Part shown: one piece after another, positions 27,078-37,200 of the stretch | Numbering within the stretch: position 1 is the first letter of the stretch | Layout: each line of letters opens with the position of its first letter | Notes under the pieces: model-generated | Seen by the model: only the letters and a program-made list of their open reading frames with translations | The model's database searches: none | Told to the model about the DNA's origin: nothing | Position numbers and translations under genes: made by a program | From: Euryarchaeota archaeon UBA36 | Lineage (GTDB): Archaea; Thermoplasmatota; Poseidoniia; Poseidoniales; Thalassarchaeaceae | Reading direction: 5' to 3' | Assembly: GCA_002496485.1 (NCBI GenBank) | Contig: DAJW01000042.1 | Span: forward strand, 13,972 to 54,668 | DNA: 40,697 nucleotides

Positions 27078-28001
27078 ATGGTCGAAAAGAAAGGTCCTGT
27101 AGATACTTCCCACCTTTATGAAGGAAAGGTAGTTAGATCGTCTGCGCCCAGTAGAAAAAGGGCTGCAGGAAATATAAAGAGAGATACTGAAATACCAATG
27201 GATGCAGTGCCTGAAGTATTTGTTCCAAGTTGGATTGAAACCATTTTTGGTGGCCCAATAGTAACAAAAACTGAATTTCTTCCACCGGATAGAATGGTAA
27301 CTTCACTTCAGATAAGAGCTTCTATATCTCTTTTGATTCTATGCTTTCTGACCTTCATGATAACCCCGGTCTCGGGAACAGTTTGGTTTTCATTATCCAA
27401 TATTTTGGGCATTACCTTCTTGGGTACAATTTTTCATTTGGGACTTATTATGATCGGTTTAGTGGGCGGTTTCTATGGATTATTTCAGCGTGATCAGCGA
27501 GCATTGCTAGCATCATATGTAGCATTGATGATTGTAACTATAAGATTTGCAGGCAGTAAGGTAGAATTCGGACTTAGTTTTATGCCTGAAGGTGAGTTCT
27601 CCCAGAAGCTTCTACTTATTCTCTATGCGATTATTCTAGTTATGTATATCGAAGTTTCCAGTGGAATTATTCGATTTTCAATGTTAGATACATCAATAAG
27701 AAAGGGGGAGGTATACGTAATGAATGTTAACAAAATTACTAACCGATATGGTAGAGCATTGACAGTTACCCCCGTGGTTGCAGGATTAGTTGCAAGTTTG
27801 ACACTATTCATCAATCTAATTGTTCCATTTTTTGTGGGCATATTTGACCCAGTTTCTGCCAATAGATTGAGAGAAAGTGTTGAATTGACTAGTGTTTATG
27901 GAGTTGCTCTTGGAACAATGCTTGTCTTTATTGTAATTGCAGCGATGTTTGCAATTAACCTACCTTTGAGAATACAACAGTATATGGAAAGTAGAAATTA
28001 A
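27078..28001 (+). CDS. Polytopic membrane protein of unknown function, last gene of the MoxR operon
   Basis: 307 aa. A basic N-terminal tail of about 75 aa, then at least 6 hydrophobic helices. It starts 9 nt after the DUF58 gene. No recognised motif. Confidence 0.6.
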   Translation: MVEKKGPVDTSHLYEGKVVRSSAPSRKRAAGNIKRDTEIPMDAVPEVFVPSWIETIFGGPIVTKTEFLPPDRMVTSLQIRASISLLILCFLTFMITPVSGTVWFSLSNILGITFLGTIFHLGLIMIGLVGGFYGLFQRDQRALLASYVALMIVTIRFAGSKVEFGLSFMPEGEFSQKLLLILYAIILVMYIEVSSGIIRFSMLDTSIRKGEVYVMNVNKITNRYGRALTVTPVVAGLVASLTLFINLIVPFFVGIFDPVSANRLRESVELTSVYGVALGTMLVFIVIAAMFAINLPLRIQQYMESRN

Positions 28002-28784
28002 TTAGATTTCTAAATCTACTATTACAGGAGCATGGTCTGAGACGATTAGTCCACCTTCTCTCATAACTTCTGCCGAAACTAATGATTTTCTTGCTGCTTG
28101 GTTTGCGAGAATATAATCAATTCTCCATCCTCTGTCTCTTTCTCGAGCATTTCGGAAATTCGACCACCAAGTATACGGTCCTTTCATTTCTCCCAAATGA
28201 TTTCTAAGTAAGTCAAACCAACCTGAATCTAACATTCTAGTGAACCATTCTCTTTCATGCAAAAGGAATCCTGAAGTATTCTTATTTCCCACGGGATCCC
28301 AAATATCATTCTCAGTATGAGCAATATTAAGATCGCCGCATAACAAGGTTGGTTCTCCCGAGTCTAGATACTTTTTAGACCAAGACATCAAATCTTCTAA
28401 CCATTGATCCTTGTAATTTTGCCTATCTAATCTTGAAGAGCCATTTGGAAGATAAATATTTATGCAAGTCAAATTATTATGTTTTGTTACCAAAACTCTA
28501 CCTTCTGGATCTCTAACTTCATCTAGTTGTGTATCAATTCCTCTCTCAATCTCTATCATTCCTATACGAGAGCAAGACATGACTCCCGAATATCCCTTTT
28601 TCTGTGCTGGATGCCAAATTAACTCATATCCTTCTGGTTCTTTCCAATCTTTGGGCATCTGCTCTGGTAAAGCTCTTACTTCTTGAAATAACATAATATC
28701 TGCATCAATTCTCTCTATGAAATCCTCAAGACCTTTGCGAACTGCAGCTCTAATTCCATTTAAATTCCAAGTTACAACCCTCAT
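28002..28784 (-). CDS. xth: Exodeoxyribonuclease III / AP endonuclease
   Basis: MRVVTWNLNGIRAA, FQEVR, LCGDLNIAH, WRIDYIL and SDHAPV are the EEP-family ExoIII motifs. Confidence 0.9.
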   Translation of the reverse strand: MRVVTWNLNGIRAAVRKGLEDFIERIDADIMLFQEVRALPEQMPKDWKEPEGYELIWHPAQKKGYSGVMSCSRIGMIEIERGIDTQLDEVRDPEGRVLVTKHNNLTCINIYLPNGSSRLDRQNYKDQWLEDLMSWSKKYLDSGEPTLLCGDLNIAHTENDIWDPVGNKNTSGFLLHEREWFTRMLDSGWFDLLRNHLGEMKGPYTWWSNFRNARERDRGWRIDYILANQAARKSLVSAEVMREGGLIVSDHAPVIVDLEI

Positions 28785-28788
28785 AATA

Positions 28789-31239
28789 TCACTGTGAAAA
28801 ATCTTTGATTTTCTCTACCAAATCCATTTTTGAAATTCGCCACATTCCATAAGGTGTTAGAATTACAGAAATTAAAGTGACCGTACTAATTAGAACTAGG
28901 GTCACAGATAAATTCAAACTAACTGTAATATAGAACGACCATGTAAGGAATGAAGATAATAGAAGTTGAGTTCCGGCTATAGTGAAAATGCAAGCGCTAA
29001 TTCCCCCTATTATTCCTATCACTAGGTGTTCACCCAGCATCATTGAGCCGATCCTCTTTATCGGTGCTCCAAGAACTCTAAGGGTCGCGATCTCTGAGTC
29101 TCTTTCTGATAGATTCATTAGAAGAGTATTGAATAATACCACCACTGCGATAATTAGACCTAATGCTAGAATTGATCCAAATATCGCTTGTTGTTGCTCC
29201 AGTATCGACTCAAAGCTACTAATTGCATCTTGTTTTTGGGAAATTCCAATTGATAATTGGGCGAGTTGATTATCCATTTCCCCTCCTTCCGGTAGATCTA
29301 TCAGAACGGAAGTGGCCTCTATTCCAATTATTGGGGATAAGTCTTGACGATGAAAATATATAGTTCGTGTGATTTCACCTTGGGTTATACCTGAAATTTC
29401 AATTTCTTTTGAAATTGATCCAAACATTATTTTTTGAGTTTCTCCTATATTCCAATCCAAAAAGAATTGCGTCCCCTCATCTATCAGGACTTGAGTTATT
29501 TCTGAATTTTTACTTGGAATATTGCCTTCTTTCAAATTTACTCCATACATTGAGTTAGTTTCTGTAGAAATTTCATCTAAACCAACAGTTGATATAAAAC
29601 GAGAGTCACCTGTTATTGTTGCGGGGAATTGTAACATTAACTCGTAGTTAGCTCCATTTTCATTAGCCCAATCTATTACGTCTTGTTCTTCTGATGGTGC
29701 AATATTAGCATTTATATCCCAATTCTGCCTATCTCTAACATTTCCTACTATAGATTCTTCCATTGATTCCATCATCACCATAATAGATCCAAAAATCAAC
29801 ATTGAAAGTCCTACCGCGAAAAATGTGAAGAGTAGCCTCACAGGTTTTCTTATACTTGATCTGATTGTAAGCCCAACTGTTGAAGGGAACATAGAAGTGA
29901 ATTTCTGAATTCTTCTTGAAGAAAGTCTAACCTCATGCTGACCACGGAGTATCTCCAACGGCTGAATCTTTGATGATTGAATCGCCGGTGAAATTCCGGA
30001 AAAGAGAACTACCAAAATTGCTGTTGCAGAAATCTGAAAAACTATCGAGTTGATGTTTGCAGGTTCCAAAATAGGTATTCCTAGAATGCCTTCATAGATA
30101 TCAAGCATCGCTGGACCACCTAAGGTTAGGCCGAAAATAGAACCAAAAATACATCCAGTTACTCCTATGAATAAAGGCATTAGAATATACCCCGGGATTA
30201 TCACTCTGCGGGGAATTCCTAAAGTCCTAAGTATTGCAATCTCCCTTGCTTGAGATTGAACTAGTCTTTGTAGGCTAAGGAAGATAGTTATGCCTGCTAC
30301 TATAGCTATCATAGCAGTAACGGGTACATATGTTTGCATTGCACTCTCTGCATCAAGTCTTAACAGTTCCACTGAGGATATTTTTGATCTACTATATGCA
30401 CTAGAAGGATTATCATCTTCATCACCTAAAAGAGAATTAATCTTTTCTAATAGTGAAGAAAGTTGTTGACCTTCGATTTCTTCCGTAGATTCTAAGTCAT
30501 AATCAGGAGTTCCTTGGATATCAATAAGGAGTAAGTTTGCTACGCCAGAATCTAGATTAGCTAATTTTTCCAATCCTTCTGATGTTAAATAACCAGTCGC
30601 TAATGTTCCTGGTTCAGCTGGAAATAATGATCCTTCCTCGGCGAAATAAAGATGATTTGAATGGAAACCAATTCCTACAACATCGAAATCGATGCTGCCG
30701 GATCCGGACCCGATAGTAATTGAATCGCCAATAGAAATGCTCATTCCAGTAGCGACTCTAGAGTCTACAACAATCTCGTTATCATTAATGGCCTCTACTC
30801 CAGATGCCAATGGATGATTTGGAATCCAGACCCTATCTATATTTCCTTCATCAATTCCATGCCAAATAGAAGGAATGATGATATCATTTCCTTCTGAATC
30901 TTTATGAAACATTATTCCTTCTCTCTTTAATCTGGGTTCACATTCTTTGAATTCTAAATCTGATTGGTCTAAAAATAATTGATTTATTTTCTGACATAGG
31001 ATTGCTGATTCTTCCTCGCTCCATACTCCACTCGGATTTTCTATCCATATATCAGGTAAATTTAGTCCATTTTCAGTATCTGCATATATGTCATCATACA
31101 TCTGTGAAGCTGTATGAGCATAAGATGCGAAAGCTACTCCAGCGAACACTCCTACGGTAACTAGTAAAGTTACTGCGATTAGTCTAATTCTAGTTCTCAT
31201 TAGACTGCGAGTTAATCTCTTAGTTAGAAGTATTAACAA
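28789..31239 (-). CDS. ABC transporter permease with duplicated FtsX/MacB-type domains and two large extracytoplasmic domains
   Basis: 816 aa. Each half has an N-terminal TM, a roughly 250-aa ectodomain, and three TMs with FtsX-like segments (AILRTLGIPRRVI and ATLRVLGAPIKRI). Confidence 0.85.
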   Translation of the reverse strand: MLILLTKRLTRSLMRTRIRLIAVTLLVTVGVFAGVAFASYAHTASQMYDDIYADTENGLNLPDIWIENPSGVWSEEESAILCQKINQLFLDQSDLEFKECEPRLKREGIMFHKDSEGNDIIIPSIWHGIDEGNIDRVWIPNHPLASGVEAINDNEIVVDSRVATGMSISIGDSITIGSGSGSIDFDVVGIGFHSNHLYFAEEGSLFPAEPGTLATGYLTSEGLEKLANLDSGVANLLLIDIQGTPDYDLESTEEIEGQQLSSLLEKINSLLGDEDDNPSSAYSRSKISSVELLRLDAESAMQTYVPVTAMIAIVAGITIFLSLQRLVQSQAREIAILRTLGIPRRVIIPGYILMPLFIGVTGCIFGSIFGLTLGGPAMLDIYEGILGIPILEPANINSIVFQISATAILVVLFSGISPAIQSSKIQPLEILRGQHEVRLSSRRIQKFTSMFPSTVGLTIRSSIRKPVRLLFTFFAVGLSMLIFGSIMVMMESMEESIVGNVRDRQNWDINANIAPSEEQDVIDWANENGANYELMLQFPATITGDSRFISTVGLDEISTETNSMYGVNLKEGNIPSKNSEITQVLIDEGTQFFLDWNIGETQKIMFGSISKEIEISGITQGEITRTIYFHRQDLSPIIGIEATSVLIDLPEGGEMDNQLAQLSIGISQKQDAISSFESILEQQQAIFGSILALGLIIAVVVLFNTLLMNLSERDSEIATLRVLGAPIKRIGSMMLGEHLVIGIIGGISACIFTIAGTQLLLSSFLTWSFYITVSLNLSVTLVLISTVTLISVILTPYGMWRISKMDLVEKIKDFSQ

Positions 31240-31245
31240 ATATTC

Positions 31246-31929
31246 TCACTCCACATTTGTATCGGAAATAACTTTTCCACTATCAATTCTAATTACTCTA
31301 GTGGCATATTCTATTAGGGATTCATCGTGAGTGACGAAAATGCACGTTATATCTTCTGCCTCACACGCTTCTACTAGAACTTTCATTACCATTGATGAAG
31401 TTGTAGAATCGAGATTTCCAGTCAGTTCATCGCCGAGTAATAATCTAGGTTTTTTTGCTAGACTTCTAGCAATTGCTACTCTTTGTTGCTGACCGCCGCT
31501 GATTTCTGCTGGAAATCTGTCGGCTTCTGCTTCAAGGCCCACAAGTTTCAATAAATTTTTAGCTCTATTTTCGTCTCTTTCATCTGCTAGTTCTTGGATA
31601 AGAAGTATATTTTCCAATACGGTTAAGTCTTGAAGTAGGTTAAAAAATTGAAACACATATCCAATATTTTCCCTTCTGAATGATGTCATTGATTCCGAAT
31701 TATCTTTTGGTACTGTTTTTCCTGAGAAATTGTATTCTCCACTTGTTGGTGAATCTAGTGCAGAGAGACAATTCAGGAGAGTTGACTTTCCAGAACCTGA
31801 TGGTCCTAATAATATCACTCTTTCTCCAGCATTTATCTCTATATTTACTCCATCTAGGGCCTTAACTACTCCAGAAGGCATTTCATAATATCTCTCTATG
31901 TTTTTCAACTCTACTAATGAGTTCACCAT
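31246..31929 (-). CDS. ABC transporter ATP-binding protein, MacB/LolD-type
   Basis: Walker A GPSGSGKSTLL, Q-loop, signature ISGGQQQRVAIARSLA, Walker B LLLGDELTGNLD and H-loop VTHD. Confidence 0.92.
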   Translation of the reverse strand: MVNSLVELKNIERYYEMPSGVVKALDGVNIEINAGERVILLGPSGSGKSTLLNCLSALDSPTSGEYNFSGKTVPKDNSESMTSFRRENIGYVFQFFNLLQDLTVLENILLIQELADERDENRAKNLLKLVGLEAEADRFPAEISGGQQQRVAIARSLAKKPRLLLGDELTGNLDSTTSSMVMKVLVEACEAEDITCIFVTHDESLIEYATRVIRIDSGKVISDTNVE

Positions 31930-31964
31930 ACAATGCCGAACTTGTGAGATTTTATTGACCTTTG

Positions 31965-34103
31965 CTATGCTTCAGAAGCCCCAGAAAAAAATGCCATTGA
32001 ATCACGAAATAGTTCTTCCCTTCTTCTTTGTCTATTATTTCTGATATGAATCCATGTAAATGCTATAACTAATAGAATTAAAAAGGGGAAAAATGCTTCT
32101 GCATGGTATCTCTCCATGAATTCAATAATTCCTCTGGCAGTATATGCCCAAGTTATAGAAGCTATTGACCCACCTATCAAACATGCAATTAGCACTCTTT
32201 CAAACTTCATCCTAGAAACTAACCCTAGCATAGCTCCAACTAATACCCCACTGGCCATAAATGGTATCCAGACAAAAACAATTAATCCCCAGAATCCGTA
32301 CTTATCGATTCTTGATCTATTTTTTTGGGCCACGAACTCTACAGTCGAGAGAATATCGCCCATGAATGGATTTTGTAGAAGTGCTCCAGAAATCCCTCCT
32401 CTCTTAGCTACCATTGCTTCGCCACTAAGTTCTTCAGAACCTTGTTCCACCCTTCCTGCTACTGCTCTGTCTGCTAATGTTGAGCGTTCATTACGAGCAC
32501 TGACCACTAAAGTTCTTTTTCCAATATATTCAGATAGTTCTGATTTTAATTGTTCCCTTAAATCGCCTTGAAGATTCTTATATGTTGGTTTGAATAGGAA
32601 ATATGCGAATCGTGAGACGGGCCTGTATATTACTCTAACAAATACTGACTCTTCATCTGCCATTATTGCAGATCCATAGTCTGCAACATCATGTTTCTTG
32701 AACCATCTTCTCATACTTTCTCCAAATGCAACTTCTAATTTTCCGAAATTACTCATACTACTAAAGAAATCCTGATAATCCTCTAAAATCTTCAGTTTAG
32801 TATAATCAATTTGATCTAATGAAGTGGGTTCAATAAATTCTGTTCTATCGCGATTTTTATTATGTTCTTTATCGATTCTATTAGTTTTCAGTTGAAGTGG
32901 CCTCATTTCTCCAAATATAGCAAATTCTGATAAAATTTCTTTTATTATTCTGGCTTTTACATCTACTGGAGTTGCAATCGTTCTCCTAGTAATTTGATAT
33001 GGTAAAAATACATCTATAGAAATAGCCCGATCTTGAACCTTCATTGTGTCATAATCGGGCCTAATTTGTAATCTCTGGCTTGCTTTAATGATAGTCTTAT
33101 GAATCAATCTATGCATTTGTTCTGATGTTAGTACATCATCTGTCTCCCGGTGATATAGTCTATGCATTAGTGGATATTGTACGCACAAGAAAAATACTGA
33201 CATTCCCATTGAGACTAGTGCCATAAACCAAGGAGGGACTTGCGCACTTCCGCCTGTTAACATTGCAGTCTCTCTTCCACCTACCCACTCAGCTCCCATC
33301 AAGACCCATCCCCATGCACCTAATTGCTGAAATGTCCAACAAGCTCGAGATTCTTCATCTATTTTTTCCATAGTTTTGTAAGTTTCTTTAGCCCCCCATA
33401 GAGAGGATTTTTCCTTCAATTCTACATTAATTATTATGGATTTAGAATGGAAAATCGTCGCAGGATCGGAATTTAACTTACTAAGACTTTCATTGAATGT
33501 TAGATTAGAATAATCCGAATTATCATCTGACCAGACATGGAGTTCAATTGAAACATCATATTCTCCCTGACCGAGAATTTCATCATCTATAGATAAAGAT
33601 AAATCTCCCTTACCACTTATAATTTCTATCAATTCAGTTTCATTGGAGAATTTCACCATAAGTATTGAAGAATTTTCGGGGGCATTTTGACTACTGACAT
33701 GTAAATTATAATCTTCATCAATCCAATTCTGAAACCATATTTGTTCAGACTTATCCACGCATTCATTTGGATCTAAAATAGTTCCCGAAGTTGCCTTATC
33801 AATATTTATTGAATCGCCCATCAAGATTCCTGATGATGCAATTAAGATTGTTCCAAAAAATACCACTCCTGCTGTTAAGCCAAATACTAGAGTATAATCA
33901 TCAATTGTTCTAGGTAAAATCGTATTTACTAAAAATCTTTTATCGGGATTTGTCCTTCTTTCGCGTATTCTAGATAATTCTGAATCAATACTATCCTGTT
34001 CAATGTTGGAAGCTAATTTCTTCAAGTCTTCCAGATTGACTTCTCCGTCTTCATTGACATCAAGAATTTCTGCGATTCCAGTATTGGTATCGTCAGATGG
34101 CAT
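31965..34103 (-). CDS. Multidomain membrane protein: N-terminal EF-hand loop, ectodomain, cytoplasmic domain and a C-terminal Sm_multidrug_ex-like (COG2426) membrane module
   Basis: 712 aa. DVNEDGEVNLED at residues 15-26. At least 3 TMs in the N-terminal half. The C-terminus KYGFWGLIVFVWIPFMASGVLVGAMLGLVSRMKF resembles the small multidrug export protein family. The middle 300 aa are not recognised. Confidence 0.6.
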   Translation of the reverse strand: MPSDDTNTGIAEILDVNEDGEVNLEDLKKLASNIEQDSIDSELSRIRERRTNPDKRFLVNTILPRTIDDYTLVFGLTAGVVFFGTILIASSGILMGDSINIDKATSGTILDPNECVDKSEQIWFQNWIDEDYNLHVSSQNAPENSSILMVKFSNETELIEIISGKGDLSLSIDDEILGQGEYDVSIELHVWSDDNSDYSNLTFNESLSKLNSDPATIFHSKSIIINVELKEKSSLWGAKETYKTMEKIDEESRACWTFQQLGAWGWVLMGAEWVGGRETAMLTGGSAQVPPWFMALVSMGMSVFFLCVQYPLMHRLYHRETDDVLTSEQMHRLIHKTIIKASQRLQIRPDYDTMKVQDRAISIDVFLPYQITRRTIATPVDVKARIIKEILSEFAIFGEMRPLQLKTNRIDKEHNKNRDRTEFIEPTSLDQIDYTKLKILEDYQDFFSSMSNFGKLEVAFGESMRRWFKKHDVADYGSAIMADEESVFVRVIYRPVSRFAYFLFKPTYKNLQGDLREQLKSELSEYIGKRTLVVSARNERSTLADRAVAGRVEQGSEELSGEAMVAKRGGISGALLQNPFMGDILSTVEFVAQKNRSRIDKYGFWGLIVFVWIPFMASGVLVGAMLGLVSRMKFERVLIACLIGGSIASITWAYTARGIIEFMERYHAEAFFPFLILLVIAFTWIHIRNNRQRRREELFRDSMAFFSGASEA

Positions 34104-34170
34104 AGTTTAATGAGGGAACGAGTCGCGTATATTTGTTGCTCAGAAATGCTAAAAAAAAATGAAAAAATGA

Positions 34171-34178
34171 TATATAAA
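34171..34178. promoter_or_regulatory. Candidate archaeal TATA box in the divergent promoter region
   Basis: TATATAAA sits in the only AT-rich 137-nt spacer between the divergent 712-aa gene (start 34103) and the giant gene (start 34241), flanked by A-runs. Confidence 0.3.
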
Positions 34179-34219
34179 TTACAAATCTTTTTTTGACGTA
34201 TAGTGGTAATTTTAATGTC

Positions 34220-34236
34220 CTCCTACGTAGTAGGAG
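34220..34236 (+). promoter_or_regulatory. Possible 5'-UTR hairpin that overlaps the GGAG ribosome-binding site of the giant gene
   Basis: CTCCTAC-GTA-GTAGGAG gives a perfect 7-bp stem with a 3-nt loop and ends 4 nt before the ATG at 34241. Confidence 0.3.
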
Positions 34237-34240
34237 AAGT

Positions 34241-37200
34241 ATGTCCAGTGTTAACCGGGTGTCGACCCCCCTCGCCCTACTTCTCATAACATTGATGATT
34301 TCAGCCCCATTATCCGGCTGTACTGGAAATATGGTTGATGATGAATTTGAAATTTCTTCTGAGCAAAATGAAGAATCTGAAAAAATTCAGACAACAGATG
34401 AAAACGAAAATACTGTAGATGAATATTATGATAAATCCGAAAGTGAAATCGGTAAACAATTAGTTGAAGATGGGAAGCAATCGGAAATTGGAATTCCTGA
34501 TTTAGAAAATCCAATTCACGGATGGGAAGACTCAAGTAATATAGGTGAGGCACTTTTACGGAATAGGAAAGCATCATATATACCGACACAGGATTGGGAA
34601 GTTAGGACTGGAGAAGAACTAATTCAGGGATGGAATGTTCTGGCTCATAGCTACCCCTTACCTACTGAATGGATGAGTGATCTAGCTGAAATTGGAGTAG
34701 AATGTGTAAGTTTCTTCTACCCGCAGGGATTGCACTGTAATGTACCTAATATAGCTCCTAACATACTTTTGGAATATGGCGTAATTGGGGCTTTCAAATT
34801 AGACTCTACTGATAAATTTGATTTAGAAACTGTCGCAATAATGAAGGGTGAAAAACAAGCTAGTGCCATTAAGAACGGTGATCTATATGTTGTAAATATC
34901 GTTTTTTCGGGATCATTTGATGCGCATTTATCCAGTCTAGAAAATGACCTTTTTCAAAATATAGAGTTTTTTTCAGGGCGTTTTGCCACAGTTGAAACCG
35001 ATATTTTTGGCTTTGAATGGTTATCCAATCAGGATTATATCGAATGGATGGATTTGGAGCTTCCCATTACTCTCGAAAATGATGTAGGCGCGGATATCGT
35101 AAATGCAGATTGGGTCAGGGATTCTGCAAATATGGGTGGTCCTTTGAACACTCTAACGGGTTCTGGTGTCATAGTTGGAGTAATGGATTCAGGACTTGAT
35201 AATGCAGTTGTTTGTAGTGATTTAGCTGATTGTAATACAAAGAATTCAGGAATAATGTCTGATTTCCAGGGACGGATTGTGGGAGTTGAGAATTTTGTAC
35301 AGTGCGGAAATTCAGATGGCCCTGAAGATCCTGATGGGCATGGAACACACGTTGCAGGCACTGTTCTTGCGGATGGTTCGAGTAGCACAGGTAGTGCAGA
35401 ATATTCCGGAATTGCACCAGAAGCTATGATTTATATGCAGTCAGTTCACTCTGTATGTGGCTCCAATCCTGATGATGAATTGGCAACACCTTCTGACTTT
35501 TCAACTATTTTTCAACCAGCTTATGATGCTGGGGCAAGGGTCCATACAAATTCATGGGGTGCTAATTATCAAAATAATGGATACCATACCTACGCACTGA
35601 GAATTGATACGCAGGCTCACAACCTAGATGACCTTACCATTCTTTACGCAATGGGTAATGATGGGTTGGATTCCAACGCAGATGGAGAAGTAGATACTGG
35701 ATATATGAATACACATGCGACTGCAAAGAACATCATTTCTGTAGGTGGCTCTGAAAATTACAGAGAAGGTTCCAATATCATAACTTGGGATGATTTTAAA
35801 TTTAAAAGTGGAGCATTAAAATTTACTGAACCACCTATTTACGGTGACAGTGTGGTTGATGATATTGACGGAGTAATGGCTATTTCCAATAGGGGACCTA
35901 CTTCCGATGGGAGATTAAAGCCAGATATATTGGCACCGGGATCTTTTATTGCATCAACTCTTTCATCTGAAGCTAGCTGTGACTGGGGAGTTCCTCAGAA
36001 TCCTTCTTACTGTTACATGACGGGAACTTCGATGGCAACACCAATGGTTGCTGGTGGTGCAGCACTGATTCTGGAATATTTGAATAATCAAGGGATTGCG
36101 AATCCAGCTTCTGCATTAGTGAAAGCAATGTTAATCGCTGGTGCCCATGACATGGAAGGACAATATTCATCCGGCGGCTCAGATAGTGAAAATTCTGCTG
36201 CTGAATCTGCACCAAACGTCCATGAAGGTTGGGGTAGAATGGACCTGCAGGGTTCCATTCAGACTGGATTTACTGAAGGAATTAATATTTCAACATATGA
36301 AAGTCACTCACTAAAAATGGAAGTTCCTGTGGGAATTTCTGATTTCAGAATAGTACTTTCATGGAATGATCCACCTAATACGCCTTCTGCACAAAAACAG
36401 CTAGTTAATGATTTGGATATTGCTTTAAGGGACCCTACTGGTGTATGGTATGACTATGATAATGATGATGTAAACAATTTAGTGGGAATATCTGTATCAG
36501 CACCTGATCCAGGTGATTGGGAAGTTATAATTAATGGGACTAATGTGCCTAATGGGCCTCAAGAATATTATTTGGCTTCAAGTAATGGATTGGCGATAGG
36601 AGATTCGAGAAATCCTGTTTCTGGAATTTTAAATTCTGCTGGATTCCAATCTGGATCACTTTTTACTGAAACCACCTTATCAGCAGGAGAGAATCATTTT
36701 TGTGCTATTTTCGATGATTCTTCACTGCATTGTAGGGGAGATAATAGCTATGGTCAGCTTGGAGATGGCACTAGCACTAATAGACTTACAATGACCGAAG
36801 TAGCCCTAGATAATGGTAGAACAGCAGTTTCTGTCAGCTCCGGCAACCATCATACTTGCGCGATTTTGGATGATGCTAGTCTTCATTGCTGGGGGCGTAA
36901 TAACAAAGGTCAACTTGGTTTTGCTGGAAGTTCATCTTCTACCATGCCTACTGAAGTCAATTTTGGTTCATTGTATCCAGTCCAGATTTCATCCGGGAAG
37001 AGTCATAATTGTGTAATTTTAAACGATGCAAGCCTACAGTGTTGGGGAGATAATAGCTATGGTCAGCTTGGAGATGGTGGTATTGTGGATAGATACACAC
37101 CCGCTACAGTGAATTTTGGAAGTAAAAATGTACTAGCTGTTTCTGCTGGTTCTAATCATACTTGTGCATTACTTGATGACCAGAGTTTGGAATGTTGGGG

